Under the pieces are notes generated by a model. The model made no database searches and was not told the origin of the DNA. It was given only the letters and a program-made list of their open reading frames with translations. Position numbers and translations under genes: made by a program. Source: Terriglobia bacterium (lineage in GTDB: Bacteria; Acidobacteriota; Terriglobia; 20CM-2-55-15). From it: 64,000 bases of DNA. Within the stretch, counting starts at the first letter, position 1, and every line of letters starts with the position of its first letter. Location: NCBI GenBank assembly GCA_965198225.1, contig CBDAOY010000006.1:672001-736000 (forward strand), in the 5' to 3' direction. This document shows positions 52,419-62,507 of this stretch, in pieces.

Positions 52419-53795
52419 TCATACTTCGCGGGCTACCTGGATTCGTCGATCGATTTCCGGGACGCGGGCCTGTTGGGAGAGCCACCAGTTTTCGTCCAAC
52501 TGCCGGTCGAGTTCGTCGAGGGTCCGGCCCTGCTGTTCAACCCAGGTGTAGTACTTCAGGTTGTGCCACTGGCGTCGCTGTCCCGGCGTGCCGTCCTTGA
52601 TCCACTGCGTCCCCTGTCCCCGGAAGATGTCAATTCGCTTGATCGCTTCGCCCTCATCCATGGGGCCGAAACGATCCGGCATGGCGGCCATCACCGAGCC
52701 GTACCGGTCGATCGCATCGGTGCAGATCGTCACAATCGTGTCGGCCTGTCCAAGCCGGTAATGCCTGGCGGTCTTGATCGCACCCAGGACGTTACAGACG
52801 CCGCTGATGCCGAAGATGGCGGCCAGCAGATCCACCCTCTGTCTGTCGATCTCGAAGTTCTCTTCCAGGACCTTGCGGCCGACCTCGTCCGTCAGCAGCT
52901 GCAACCCCTTCAAACACTCGGTATCGTCGACGCACATGATAGCGTCCATGTTCGTCACATGGTGGATCCATGTGACGTGTTTGTCTCCGATTCCCTGGAT
53001 CTCGTGAGATCCGTAGCCGTTGTCGTAGAGAGTGGAGCATTGGACTGGCTCCAGCCCGACGATCTTTGCGTCGGACCACTCCTGCTTGATCCTGTCGCCG
53101 GCCGCAATCGTTCCGGCCGAACCCATCGCGCTGCAAAAGGCGGCGATCCTCCCGTTTCCGATTCCCACCGCGGCCAGCTCCGCAGCCAGTTCGACGATCG
53201 TGTTGCCGGTGACGTAGTAGTGAAACCGGTAGTTGCCCATCACCTCGAACTGGTTCATGACTCGAACCTGGGGATCGTCTTCGAGCTCCCGCACCTTCTC
53301 ATAGATCTCCCGGACGTTGCTCTCGCTGCCGGGGGTCTTGATGATTCGAGCGCCGTAGCCTTCGATCTGCTCGAAGCGTTCCCGGCTCATGCCTTCCGGC
53401 AGGACCACCAGGCTGTCGAACCCCATCCGGCAACCGACCCAGGCGCCACCGATTCCGTAGTTGCCCGTCGATGGCCAGACCAGGGTGTGGATCGCCGGAT
53501 CGACTTCACCGACCGTCTCCATCTCGACGGCAACGGCGTATGCGGCCCCGACTTTGTGGGAGCCGGTCGGGAAATCGACCGAGTAGAGGACCACAACGGT
53601 CGCATCGACACCCGTAAGCTCGGACGGCAGGACGATATGTCGGACCCGGTTCGTGCCATCCCGCCAACTGATGTTGTACAGGTTGATCGGATCGAGCGGA
53701 TCAGCGACGAGAGCTTCCAGAGCCGCCGCGCGTGTTCCGGTAGCGATCGTATCCGGATGGAGCATCTCCTCGAACGTGGGTCCGGCGAACTTCAC
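52419..53795 (-). CDS. fold-type II PLP-dependent enzyme (cysteine synthase-like)
   Basis: PTGSHKVG PLP lysine, STGNYG, GSAGTI, IQGIG. Confidence 0.85.
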   Translation of the reverse strand: MKFAGPTFEEMLHPDTIATGTRAAALEALVADPLDPINLYNISWRDGTNRVRHIVLPSELTGVDATVVVLYSVDFPTGSHKVGAAYAVAVEMETVGEVDPAIHTLVWPSTGNYGIGGAWVGCRMGFDSLVVLPEGMSRERFEQIEGYGARIIKTPGSESNVREIYEKVRELEDDPQVRVMNQFEVMGNYRFHYYVTGNTIVELAAELAAVGIGNGRIAAFCSAMGSAGTIAAGDRIKQEWSDAKIVGLEPVQCSTLYDNGYGSHEIQGIGDKHVTWIHHVTNMDAIMCVDDTECLKGLQLLTDEVGRKVLEENFEIDRQRVDLLAAIFGISGVCNVLGAIKTARHYRLGQADTIVTICTDAIDRYGSVMAAMPDRFGPMDEGEAIKRIDIFRGQGTQWIKDGTPGQRRQWHNLKYYTWVEQQGRTLDELDRQLDENWWLSQQARVPEIDRRIQVAREV

Positions 53796-53838
53796 GGAAC
53801 CTTTATAACGCAGGCGGAGTCGTGTAGAGAAAGATCAA

Positions 53839-53900
53839 ACCACGGAGGCGCAGAGACTCGGAATTTCTGTTCTTCCTCCGTGACTCCGAGCCTCCGTGGT
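53839..53900. repeat. ACCACGGAG palindromic repeat, copy 1
   Basis: ACCACGGAGGC...GCCTCCGTGGT; related copies at 54722-54772 and 56600-56666. Confidence 0.7.
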
Positions 53901-53925
53901 AGTTTCTTCCTTCTACTCGTTAGAT

Positions 53926-54339
53926 TCAGGCCGCAAGCAGGGTCTCGAGTTCTCCAAGCTCCGAGTCCCAGCCGCCGGTGTTGTCCTTGAAATGCTCCTC
54001 AGTTTTGAAACCCGACTCTCGCAGCTCGAGCAGCGTGCCCCCGTTTTCGAGCGGAGTGAGGAACCACTCGACAAGTGTCGAGCCGGCTTCGGAGAACCCC
54101 TTGCCGGGTGAGTGGGCCATCCAGCGCCAGGAGATGCGACGGGGAGCCTCGACGTTCTCGATACGCATGGCGAAGCGCCCATGCTTCTCCCAGCCGAACC
54201 ATCCTTCGCTTCCCGGTGTCAGGCTGAATTCCGCGCTGTCACCGAACCATTGTGCGACTTCCGTCGGGTCGGTGATCGCCCTCCAGACACGATCGGCCGG
54301 CGCCTTCAGTTCCAGCTTCTTCTCAATCGTCATCGTCAT
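53926..54339 (-). CDS. SRPBCC/AHSA1-like protein
   Basis: AP.DRVWRAITDP...QWF...GT.L.L.ESGF...GGW...L. Confidence 0.88.
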   Translation of the reverse strand: MTMTIEKKLELKAPADRVWRAITDPTEVAQWFGDSAEFSLTPGSEGWFGWEKHGRFAMRIENVEAPRRISWRWMAHSPGKGFSEAGSTLVEWFLTPLENGGTLLELRESGFKTEEHFKDNTGGWDSELGELETLLAA

Positions 54340-54649
54340 CAGTCCGCTCCCTGTCGAGGTATTCACGTAGGTTCTCCAGACGCCGATCCCATTCCGCCGC
54401 GTACGGTGCGAGCCAGGTATCGAGCTTTTGAAGGGGTTCGGTTTTCAATCGGTGGAGCCTTTCCCGTCCGCGCCATTCCTGTTCGATCAAACCCGCCTCA
54501 GAAAGCAGGTTCAGGTGTTTGGTCACCGCCTGGCGGCTCATCGGTAGCGGTCCCGCTAGCTCGTTGACCGATTGCGAGCCGCTCCGACGCAACCGTTCGA
54601 GAATCTGCCTGCGGGTCGGATCGGCCACGGCCGCAAAGACATCCAGCAT
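54323..54649 (-). CDS. ArsR/SmtB-family transcriptional regulator
   Basis: VFAAVADPTRRQIL...SRQAVTKHL..L.EAGLI. Confidence 0.9.
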   Translation of the reverse strand: MLDVFAAVADPTRRQILERLRRSGSQSVNELAGPLPMSRQAVTKHLNLLSEAGLIEQEWRGRERLHRLKTEPLQKLDTWLAPYAAEWDRRLENLREYLDRERTDDDDD

Positions 54650-54770
54650 TGAGAATCATGATATGCAACCATATAGTTGCATGTCAAGCGGCTGAAGTAG
54701 AAGGCGTCATAGGAAAAGATGAACCACGGAGACACAGAGCTTCCATTTCATGTCCTCCGAGTCTCCGTGG

Positions 54771-56045
54771 TTATATCCGATTCGCGACCTGCTCGATCAG
54801 TTGCACCGCCTTCGAGACACCGTCTTCGTTCCGCATCCGCTGCCCGAGCAGATCCGCCTTCGACCGCATCTCGGGTTTGTCCAGAACCGTGCGGAGTCGC
54901 GCCGCAAGTCGATGGGCGGTCAGCTTCTTGATGGGCAAGGGCTTGGGAGCGACGCCCAGTCGCTTGAGCTCCTCTGCCCAGAAGAACTGATCCGCGACGT
55001 GCGGTATGACGACGGAAGGTACGCCGGCCTGCAGGGTGGACTGGGTGGTTCCGGCCCCACCGTGGTGAACGACCAGTGCGCAGCGAGGGAGCACCAGGCG
55101 GTGGTCGACGAACGAAGCGTGGTGGATTGCGTCGTTTGCCGGCAGGTGAGGTATCGCATCTTCCCGAACCTGCACGACGGCCCGGCCCCCTGCAAGCCGG
55201 ATCGCCTCGTGGAATACCCTCACCAGAGGGAGCAAGTGCTCCATCTGGCGGGGCGTCATGCTGCCGAGGGAGATGAAGGCCGGTCGGTCGCCAGCTTCGA
55301 GGAACTCGTTCAGTTCAGCCGGCAAATCACCCGCATCGGTCTCAGGCAGATTGAAGAAGCCCACGACATGGTGGCGGTCGTCCCAGTCATCGGGTCGTTC
55401 GCTGATCGTCGGGCTGACGGCGACCAGATTCAAATCCCGTCCCACCCACGCCTCCCGAAGAAGATCTTCTAGCGGCGCCAGGCCTTCTCGCTCTCGCGTG
55501 GCGTTCACGGCCGCCAGGAAATTCCGATTCAACATCCATCGCACGATCCACCACGCTACCCGGTTCGAAAATCGACCGAGGTTGGGAAAACCGGCGGGGC
55601 AGATCTCAGGAGACGGGATCGTGTTATGGACCAGCGACACCGTGATTTCCGGGACACCGAGTTTCGCGGCGGCTGTCTGCATGGGATGCAGGAAGAAATG
55701 ACGAATGACGAGATCGCTCGTGCGACACAGTGCGAGGGAAGCTTCCAACATCTCCGGAACCTTCAGTTCGAACAGGTCGTTGATGATGATCTTCGCCTGC
55801 TTGAGCGGGTTGGGTGCTTTGAGGAAGGCCATCCCGACTCGATCCATTTCCTCCGGCGGGAGAACCGGAGTCGCAACCGGCGTCAGCCGGAACCCCGATT
55901 CACGGGCAATCTTGCTGTAGTCCAGATCCAGGAGGTCGGTCGCACAGAGATGGACCTCGTGACCAGCCTTGCTCAGGCCAGCCCCCAGCGCGATGAAGGG
56001 GTTGATGTCACCACGACTTCCCCAGGTCTGAATCCCAATACGCAT
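54771..56045 (-). CDS. GT1/GT28-like glycosyltransferase (sterol/antibiotic glucosyltransferase-like)
   Basis: GSRGDINP, SLGSM, VHHGGAGTT, DQ.FWA. Confidence 0.88.
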   Translation of the reverse strand: MRIGIQTWGSRGDINPFIALGAGLSKAGHEVHLCATDLLDLDYSKIARESGFRLTPVATPVLPPEEMDRVGMAFLKAPNPLKQAKIIINDLFELKVPEMLEASLALCRTSDLVIRHFFLHPMQTAAAKLGVPEITVSLVHNTIPSPEICPAGFPNLGRFSNRVAWWIVRWMLNRNFLAAVNATREREGLAPLEDLLREAWVGRDLNLVAVSPTISERPDDWDDRHHVVGFFNLPETDAGDLPAELNEFLEAGDRPAFISLGSMTPRQMEHLLPLVRVFHEAIRLAGGRAVVQVREDAIPHLPANDAIHHASFVDHRLVLPRCALVVHHGGAGTTQSTLQAGVPSVVIPHVADQFFWAEELKRLGVAPKPLPIKKLTAHRLAARLRTVLDKPEMRSKADLLGQRMRNEDGVSKAVQLIEQVANRI

Positions 56046-56051
56046 GCCGGT

Positions 56052-56414
56052 TCAGGATTCCAAGGGGAGGTTGGCGATCTCCTTCTGCACTTTCTTGGGG
56101 AGTTTCGAAACGACGAGGTCGTAGGATTGCTGTATCAGCCGTTCGATTTCGGCGCGATCGAGGCCACACTCATCGGGCTGGATCTGGACCCATTTTGCTC
56201 GAGCCAGGTAAGGGGCCGGGCGGATGCCGGGCATTTCGGTCAGCTCGTGGAAATTCTCGTCGCTGCATTTGAATGAGTAGCCCAGACCGGGCTCGAGTCC
56301 GGGGACAAGAAACATCTTCTTGGCCACCTTGAACACGAGGTCGTCGTCCCATTGGACCTGCTCGGTGGTTCCCGGCAGGGACAGGCAGATTCCCCGGATC
56401 TGATCGATGTTCAT
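56052..56414 (-). CDS. MmcQ/YjbR-family protein
   Basis: CLSLPG..E..W...VFKV..KMF...KC...PAPYLAR.KWV...SY.LV. Confidence 0.88.
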   Translation of the reverse strand: MNIDQIRGICLSLPGTTEQVQWDDDLVFKVAKKMFLVPGLEPGLGYSFKCSDENFHELTEMPGIRPAPYLARAKWVQIQPDECGLDRAEIERLIQQSYDLVVSKLPKKVQKEIANLPLES

Positions 56415-56692
56415 CGAAACCGTTTCCCGCCCAGAGGGGTATTGATCATCTGCAGATTGTGCACGCATTCGAGGCGACCGTGAAGCAGATTGTCGCCGGG
56501 ACCGGACACCCCGTTTGACCTCTGCCGTTGCTTGACTTCAAGACCGAGGTCCGTGGGATACTTTCGTGCCAATCCTAGGAGATGTCTGAAGAGAAGATGA
56601 ACCACGGAGGCACAGAGGCACGGAGGTTTCTATTTTCATCCTCCGCGTCTCCGCGACTCCGTGGTTAAGGACAGACTGTCGGGAGGGTCAGA

Positions 56693-59062
56693 ATGCTACC
56701 GCGCATGAATCGAATCCGTCATCGAATGCTCGCGATCTTGCTGGTGAGCTCTTTTGTCTCGGTTCCAGGCTTTGCCCAACAGGTAGGCGCGCTCAGCGGG
56801 GCCGACTACGAGCGTGCCGAGCAGTTCCTCGGGTACAACACCAACCCGCTGGTGTTGCGTTCCGGCGTGCGCCCAAGCTGGCTCGAAGACGAGCGCTTCT
56901 GGTACCGCATCACGACAGGGCGCGGAGACGAGTTCATACTCATCGATCCGGCGGATGGAACGCGCGGACCCGCCTTCGATCATGCGCGCCTCGCGTCGGC
57001 CCTCTCCGAGGCCGCAGGCGAGAGCTATGAGGCCTTCGACCTTCCGTTTACCACGTTCGAATTCTCCGAAGCCGGCGGATCCGTCTCGTTTCGCGCCGCT
57101 GAGCGGAACTGGGAATGCGACCTCGAAGCGGGTCGTTGCGTCGAAGACGAAGCGGCCGGACGTTCCCGCGGGGGAAGCCGTGGAGGACGTGGCGGACGCG
57201 GAGGCGGGCCGCCTCCAAGCGTCGCCTCTCCGGACGGCAAGCGTGCAGTGTTCATTCGAGACTGGAATCTCTGGGTCCGGGAAGTTGAGGGCGGGGAAGA
57301 GACCCAACTGACCACCGATGGCATCGAAGACTACGGTTACGCTACCGACAACGCCGGATGGCGGAAGAGCGACCGACCGATCGTGGTGTGGTCCCCGGAT
57401 TCGAAGAAGGTCGCAACTTTTCAGCAGGACCAGCGCAACACGGGCGAGATGTACCTTGTCGACACCTCGGTAGGGCATCCTACCCTCCAGGCGTGGAAGT
57501 ACCCACTGCCTGGGGATGAGGAGATCACGATGATCGAACGGGTCGTCGTCGACGTCGAGAACCCGCGCGTGATCCGCTTCTTGATGGAACGCGATCAGCA
57601 CCGGTCCACGTTGTGTGACGACCTCCCGTGTCGCGGCAGTTGGCGCGATGTGCAGTGGAGCCCGGACAGTTCGGAAGTCGCCTTCGCTTCGACCTCGAGA
57701 GATCACAAGATCACCCGCCTTCGGGTCGCGGGTTCGTCGAGCGGCGAGGTGCGCGACGTTCTCGTCGAGACGGTCGAGACGTTCTTCGAGTCCGGAGACG
57801 GTGCCGTGAACTGGCACTTCCTGCCGGAGTCGAACGAAGTGATCTGGTTCTCTGAGCGCGACAACTGGGGTCACCTCTACCTCTATGATCTCGCGACCGG
57901 ACGCCTGAAGACCCCGATCACGCGCGGCGACGGCAACGTTACACAGGTGTTACGCGTCGACGAAGAAAACCGGATGATCTACTTCGTCGGCGTCGGCCGC
58001 GAAAGCGGACGCAATCCCTATTACCGCCATCTTTACCGCACGGGGTTTGACGGCGGCGACGCAGAGCTGCTTACAGAGGAGGATGCGGATCACAGCATCG
58101 CGGTCTCCCCTTCAGGACGGTTCTTCGTCGACAGCTTTTCGAAACCGGATGTCCCGGCGATCGCCGTGTTACGCGACGCCGATGGCGAACGGCTCATGAC
58201 CCTGGAGGAGGCAGACACAACCCGCCTGACGGCGACGGGTTGGAAGCCTCCGATTCCGTTTGTGGTCAAGGCACGTGACGGCGAGACCGATATCTACGGG
58301 ATGATGTTTCGGCCGACGAACTTCGACCCCAATCGAAAATACCCAATCATCAACAACATCTACCCGGGGCCCCAGTCGGGAAGCATCCGGGGCTGGAGCT
58401 TCTCCCCCGCGCGTGGGGACACCCAGGCGATCGCCGAGCTGGGTTTCATCGTGGTCCAGATCGATGGCATGGGAACTCCGGGTCGCTCGAAAGAGTTCCA
58501 CGAGGCCTACTACGGCGACATGGGCGACAACACGCTGCCCGACCAGGTGACCGGAATGCAACAGCTCGGAGAACGGTATTCCTGGATCGACATCGATCGT
58601 GCCGGAATCTACGGGCATTCCGGCGGCGGCTTCGCGACGAGCGGCGCCATGTTCCACTACCCCGACTTCTTCAAAGTCGGCGTGTCCCAGGCGGGGAACC
58701 ATGACAACCGCGTCTACGAGGACGACTGGGGGGAGAAGTGGCAGGGTCTCCTGACCCGCAACGAAGACGGTACCGACAGCTACGATAACCAGGCGAACCA
58801 GAACTTCGCGAAGAACCTCAAAGGCAAACTGCTGCTCGCCCACGGCACCCTCGACGACAACGTGCCCTACTACAGCACCCTGCTCGTCGTGGACGCGCTG
58901 ATCGAGGCCAACAAGGATTTCGATCTGATCCTGCTGCCGAACCGGCGGCACGGTTTCGGGAACGAGCCCTACATGATGCGACGCCGTTGGGACTACTTCG
59001 TCGAGCACCTCATGGGTGCCCAACCGCCCGACGACTACGAGTTCAGCCCCCCGGTGAATTGA
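56693..59062 (+). CDS. S9 family dipeptidyl-peptidase IV-like protein
   Basis: DPP-IV N-terminal propeller, YPGP, GHSGGG nucleophile, HGTLDDNV, catalytic His. Confidence 0.92.
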   Translation: MLPRMNRIRHRMLAILLVSSFVSVPGFAQQVGALSGADYERAEQFLGYNTNPLVLRSGVRPSWLEDERFWYRITTGRGDEFILIDPADGTRGPAFDHARLASALSEAAGESYEAFDLPFTTFEFSEAGGSVSFRAAERNWECDLEAGRCVEDEAAGRSRGGSRGGRGGRGGGPPPSVASPDGKRAVFIRDWNLWVREVEGGEETQLTTDGIEDYGYATDNAGWRKSDRPIVVWSPDSKKVATFQQDQRNTGEMYLVDTSVGHPTLQAWKYPLPGDEEITMIERVVVDVENPRVIRFLMERDQHRSTLCDDLPCRGSWRDVQWSPDSSEVAFASTSRDHKITRLRVAGSSSGEVRDVLVETVETFFESGDGAVNWHFLPESNEVIWFSERDNWGHLYLYDLATGRLKTPITRGDGNVTQVLRVDEENRMIYFVGVGRESGRNPYYRHLYRTGFDGGDAELLTEEDADHSIAVSPSGRFFVDSFSKPDVPAIAVLRDADGERLMTLEEADTTRLTATGWKPPIPFVVKARDGETDIYGMMFRPTNFDPNRKYPIINNIYPGPQSGSIRGWSFSPARGDTQAIAELGFIVVQIDGMGTPGRSKEFHEAYYGDMGDNTLPDQVTGMQQLGERYSWIDIDRAGIYGHSGGGFATSGAMFHYPDFFKVGVSQAGNHDNRVYEDDWGEKWQGLLTRNEDGTDSYDNQANQNFAKNLKGKLLLAHGTLDDNVPYYSTLLVVDALIEANKDFDLILLPNRRHGFGNEPYMMRRRWDYFVEHLMGAQPPDDYEFSPPVN

Positions 59063-59267
59063 GTCCAGATTCTCAACGATAGGACTGGCAGGCTGCTGAA
59101 AAACTCAGTCTTTCGGCAGTCTGCGGCGATGCTGAGAAAAGCCATGGAAGGCTTTTTCAGCATCCTAACTAGTCGCCTGATGAGAGTCATTAGTGGCAAA
59201 CACGGGTGAAGGCCCGTGATAAATTTTAGCTGCTAAAGGGGATTCCGCTTCTAATCTAAGTTAAGCC

Positions 59268-60629
59268 ATGCCCTACGTACCCGGATTCGACTACGACATC
59301 TTCGTCAGCTATGCGGCGGGCGACAACGATCAGGGAGTCGTGGAGCAGTTTGTCGCCACGTTAGAAAAGCAGATCTCCGACAATCTGGTAAACGCTTTCT
59401 CGAAGGAGAAAGTCCGGATCTACTTTGACCGCCAGCGGTTGGGCACTCCAGCCGGCGTCAATTGGGAGGAGCACCTGAAGGCGGCGGCGTCTTCTTCGGC
59501 CATTCTGGTTCCGTTGCTGTCGCCGAACTACCTGAGCTCCCATTACTGCAGCAAGGAGCGGGCCTGGTTCGGCACGCAACCGCATGTGGCCCAGGGTTGT
59601 CCATACGCGGTGGCGGGCTGGGTCCCCATTGGCGAGCATCCGCAACCCCGGGAGCTTGAAAAGGCCCAGCGGCATCCGGCCGGGGATTCGTGGCTGGCTC
59701 TGGCGCCGCCCGAAGATCGGCTCGAAAGCTGCAACGAATTTGCCCTCAAGTTGCGCGACGCCCTCGTGGAGATGCGGGCATCGGTAAGCGCCGTGTTCCT
59801 GGGCCCGGCCGCCGAGGGCCGCGGGGCGGCAGTGCGCAGCCGCCTCCGGGATGAGCTCGAGGTATCCGGTCACCGTGTCGTGCCGGTCCCCGACTTCGTG
59901 TACGAAAACGCCGAGGCAGTGCGAGCCGACCTGAATTCGTCGTTGCTTGCGATCCATTTCCCGGGCGATGGCCTGGATCTGGAAGGACTGATGGCCATCG
60001 AAGAGTCCTTCACGTCGGCGCCGAAGACGCTGCTCGTTCAACCCATCGGTTCCGCCCTATCCGACGACGAAGCCGCTCTGCTCGAAGAGATCGATGCCGG
60101 GTTGGTCCGTGGCGGACGCTTCGCTGGAGCGGCGTATTCCAGGTTCGCCGGCAAGAGCGACGATCAGATCTGGGAAGTGGTTCGCCGGGAGGTGCGGGCG
60201 GCCCGGTTCCAGAAAAACAAGAGCGAGTTTGCCGTGGGTATCGCGTGCGAGGCGGGCGATCTTTCCGGTGCGAAGGCCTTGGCGGCGCTCATCGGTGAAT
60301 TGGGCGTGCCGACACGGTATCCGTCGTTTGAAACCGCCACAAGCATCACCGAGAAGTTGAAGGCGCTGCGTGACACCATCACGGAGAGCCCGGCGCTGAT
60401 CTGTTACTGGGCGGCGTCGGCCGGGACCGGTCTCGAAAAGCGGCTGGCGCAGGATGCCCGCCGCCGGTACAAGGCCAGGGCCTGGTATCTGGGTCCGCCC
60501 CTGGATGCTCCGGCCAAAACGAATTTCACCCGGACGAACGAATTGGTCCTCCGCCAGGCGGCGGACACCGCGGATCTGACCGTGCTGGAACCATTCCTCC
60601 GGGAGTTGGGTTGGGAGCCCAAGGCATGA
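59268..60629 (+). CDS. TIR-domain protein
   Basis: YDIFVSYA, IYFD, SAILVPLLSPNYLSS.YC.KE (TIR catalytic Glu position); stop overlaps the next start (ATGA). Confidence 0.85.
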   Translation: MPYVPGFDYDIFVSYAAGDNDQGVVEQFVATLEKQISDNLVNAFSKEKVRIYFDRQRLGTPAGVNWEEHLKAAASSSAILVPLLSPNYLSSHYCSKERAWFGTQPHVAQGCPYAVAGWVPIGEHPQPRELEKAQRHPAGDSWLALAPPEDRLESCNEFALKLRDALVEMRASVSAVFLGPAAEGRGAAVRSRLRDELEVSGHRVVPVPDFVYENAEAVRADLNSSLLAIHFPGDGLDLEGLMAIEESFTSAPKTLLVQPIGSALSDDEAALLEEIDAGLVRGGRFAGAAYSRFAGKSDDQIWEVVRREVRAARFQKNKSEFAVGIACEAGDLSGAKALAALIGELGVPTRYPSFETATSITEKLKALRDTITESPALICYWAASAGTGLEKRLAQDARRRYKARAWYLGPPLDAPAKTNFTRTNELVLRQAADTADLTVLEPFLRELGWEPKA

Positions 60630-62507
60630 CGCCGAGCGCGATCCCACATAATCCTTACCCGGGCCTTCGTCCGTTCAAGCCGGAAGAGTCGACCCTCTTT
60701 TTTGGCCGCGACGAGCAGATCGGCGAAGCGCTGGACCGGCTGATGCGGCAGAAGCTGCTGGCCGTGGTGGGTGTGTCGGGCTGTGGCAAGAGCTCGCTGG
60801 TCACCGCGGGTATGGTGCCGGCGCTCGAGATGGGTCTGGCGGGCGACCCGGCTCAGCAGTGGCGGATCGAGATCATGCGGCCCGGCGACGGTCCGTTACG
60901 CGAACTGGAACGCTGTCTGGGCTTTGACAGCGGGCCGCTGGTCGAGCGGACCTATGGCCTCCGGGAGGCTGTGAAAGCGAATCTGCCGGAGGCCCAGAAC
61001 CTGCTGCTGGTTGTGGATCAGTTCGAGGAGATCTTCCCCTTTCGCGATCGTATGCGGGAAGGCGGAGGCACCGAGGCCGATCTCTTCGTCAGTTACATGC
61101 TGAGCGCCGCGCAACAGCCGGCCGCCCGGATCTACATCATTCTCACCATGCGGTCGGACTACCTGGGTGAATGCGCCAGGTTCCATGGACTCCCAGAGGC
61201 CCTGAACGACGGCCAGTATCTGGTGCCGCGCATGACGCGTTCGCAGTTGCAGGAGGCGATCGAGAACCCGCTGGGGGGGGATCGAGAGCGCCGACGGCGA
61301 GTCGGTCGAGTTCCATCCGGGTCTGGTCCAGAAGCTGCTGAACGACTGCGACGAAGAACCCGACAACCTTCCGCTGCTGCAGCATCTGCTGCGCCGGTTG
61401 TTTGAACAGTGGCAGGATGCGGGCGCCCGAGGGCAGATCACGCCGGCGATGGCCAGGGACGTCGGAGAACTCGCCGACGCCCTCAACCAGGATGCGGACA
61501 CGGTTTTCAAGGCGCTTTCGACCGAGCGGCAGGGGATCGCGGAAGTGCTCTTCCGCCGGATTACGGAATCGCGCCAGCAGGCAGGCGGCGCCGAGGACGA
61601 ACGGCCCGTGCGGCGTCCGCAAACCGTCGCCCGTCTGGCAGAACTGGCGCAAGTACCCGTGTCCGAGCTGCGCGCCGTGGTGGATCCCTTCGACGAGCGG
61701 GGGCTGCTGGTATTGCGGGCGACGGACGAAGGCGACAAGGTCGACCTCCCCCACGAGTGCCTATGCCCGAAGTGGAACCGGCTGCGGCAGTGGATCGAAG
61801 ACGAAGCGCAGGATGCCAAGGCTCTGCGCTTTCTTCGAGACTCGGTCGGCAAGAGCCACCTCACCGGCTCCGCCCTGGCGGAAGCGGTCGGCTGGCAGGA
61901 CGCGGGCCGGCTGAAGGCCGCCTGGGGCGAGCGCTACTTGAGCCGCGAAAGCGTCCGCGAGGTGGGTGCCTGGGTCACCGGGAGTCGGCGCAGGGCCCGG
62001 GCGACTCAAATCATCCTCGCCGTCGCAGCCGTCGCGGCCATCGTAGGCCTGGGAGGGATGGCCTACTACCAGACAGTGATCGCACAGCAACAGGAAGACC
62101 AACTGATCGCTCAGCAACAGCAGTTGTTCGATGCCGCGATCGTCGTCGACGACCAAACGACCCGGGAGGACCAAAAACATCTGTGGTGGATACGCTTTGA
62201 TAACAGTCGAGACCCTGACTACGGCTCGGACATCAACTGGGATGAAGCAATGGCGTACTGCGATCAGCTATCGCTGCTTGACTATCGAGGTTGGCGACTC
62301 CCGACGATCGACGAACTGGTAGCGATCTGGAACCCAGCCACTAGGTCCAGCCGCTTGCCAATGGCGACTCCCGTGTATGCGTGGAGTTCTGATTTGGAAG
62401 GGTCGGGCTCCGCGTGGCTCTTCTTCTTCCACGACGGCTACCGGCTCTCGAGCTCGGTCGTCTCCCCCTACTTCCGCGCCTTGTGCGTGCGCGTTCCGGA
62501 TGAATGA
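60626..62507 (+). CDS. DGR target: nSTAND1-like NTPase + TM helix + DUF1566/CLec-fold variable domain; +1 frameshift in G8 tract 61273-61280
   Basis: NPYPGLRPF..FFGRD, GVSGCGKSS, LLVVDQFEE, TMRSDY, PLLQH (restored with G7), HE.L...W.RL..W, TM IILAVAAVAAIVGLGG, NWDEA..YC..L....WRLPTI.EL, WSS, ALCVR. Confidence 0.88.
62398..62507 (+). repeat. DGR variable region (VR)
   Basis: Aligns to 63078-63191 with 18 substitutions at TR adenines, one non-A substitution and one 3-nt gap. Confidence 0.95.

Noticed and set aside
59090-59166. AGGCTGCTGAAAAA...TTTTTCAGCATCCT inverted repeat upstream of the TIR gene as the boundary of a mobile island
   Set aside because: It resembles an IS-end-derived mini-repeat, but no matching right boundary, target duplication or integrase is visible in the window.
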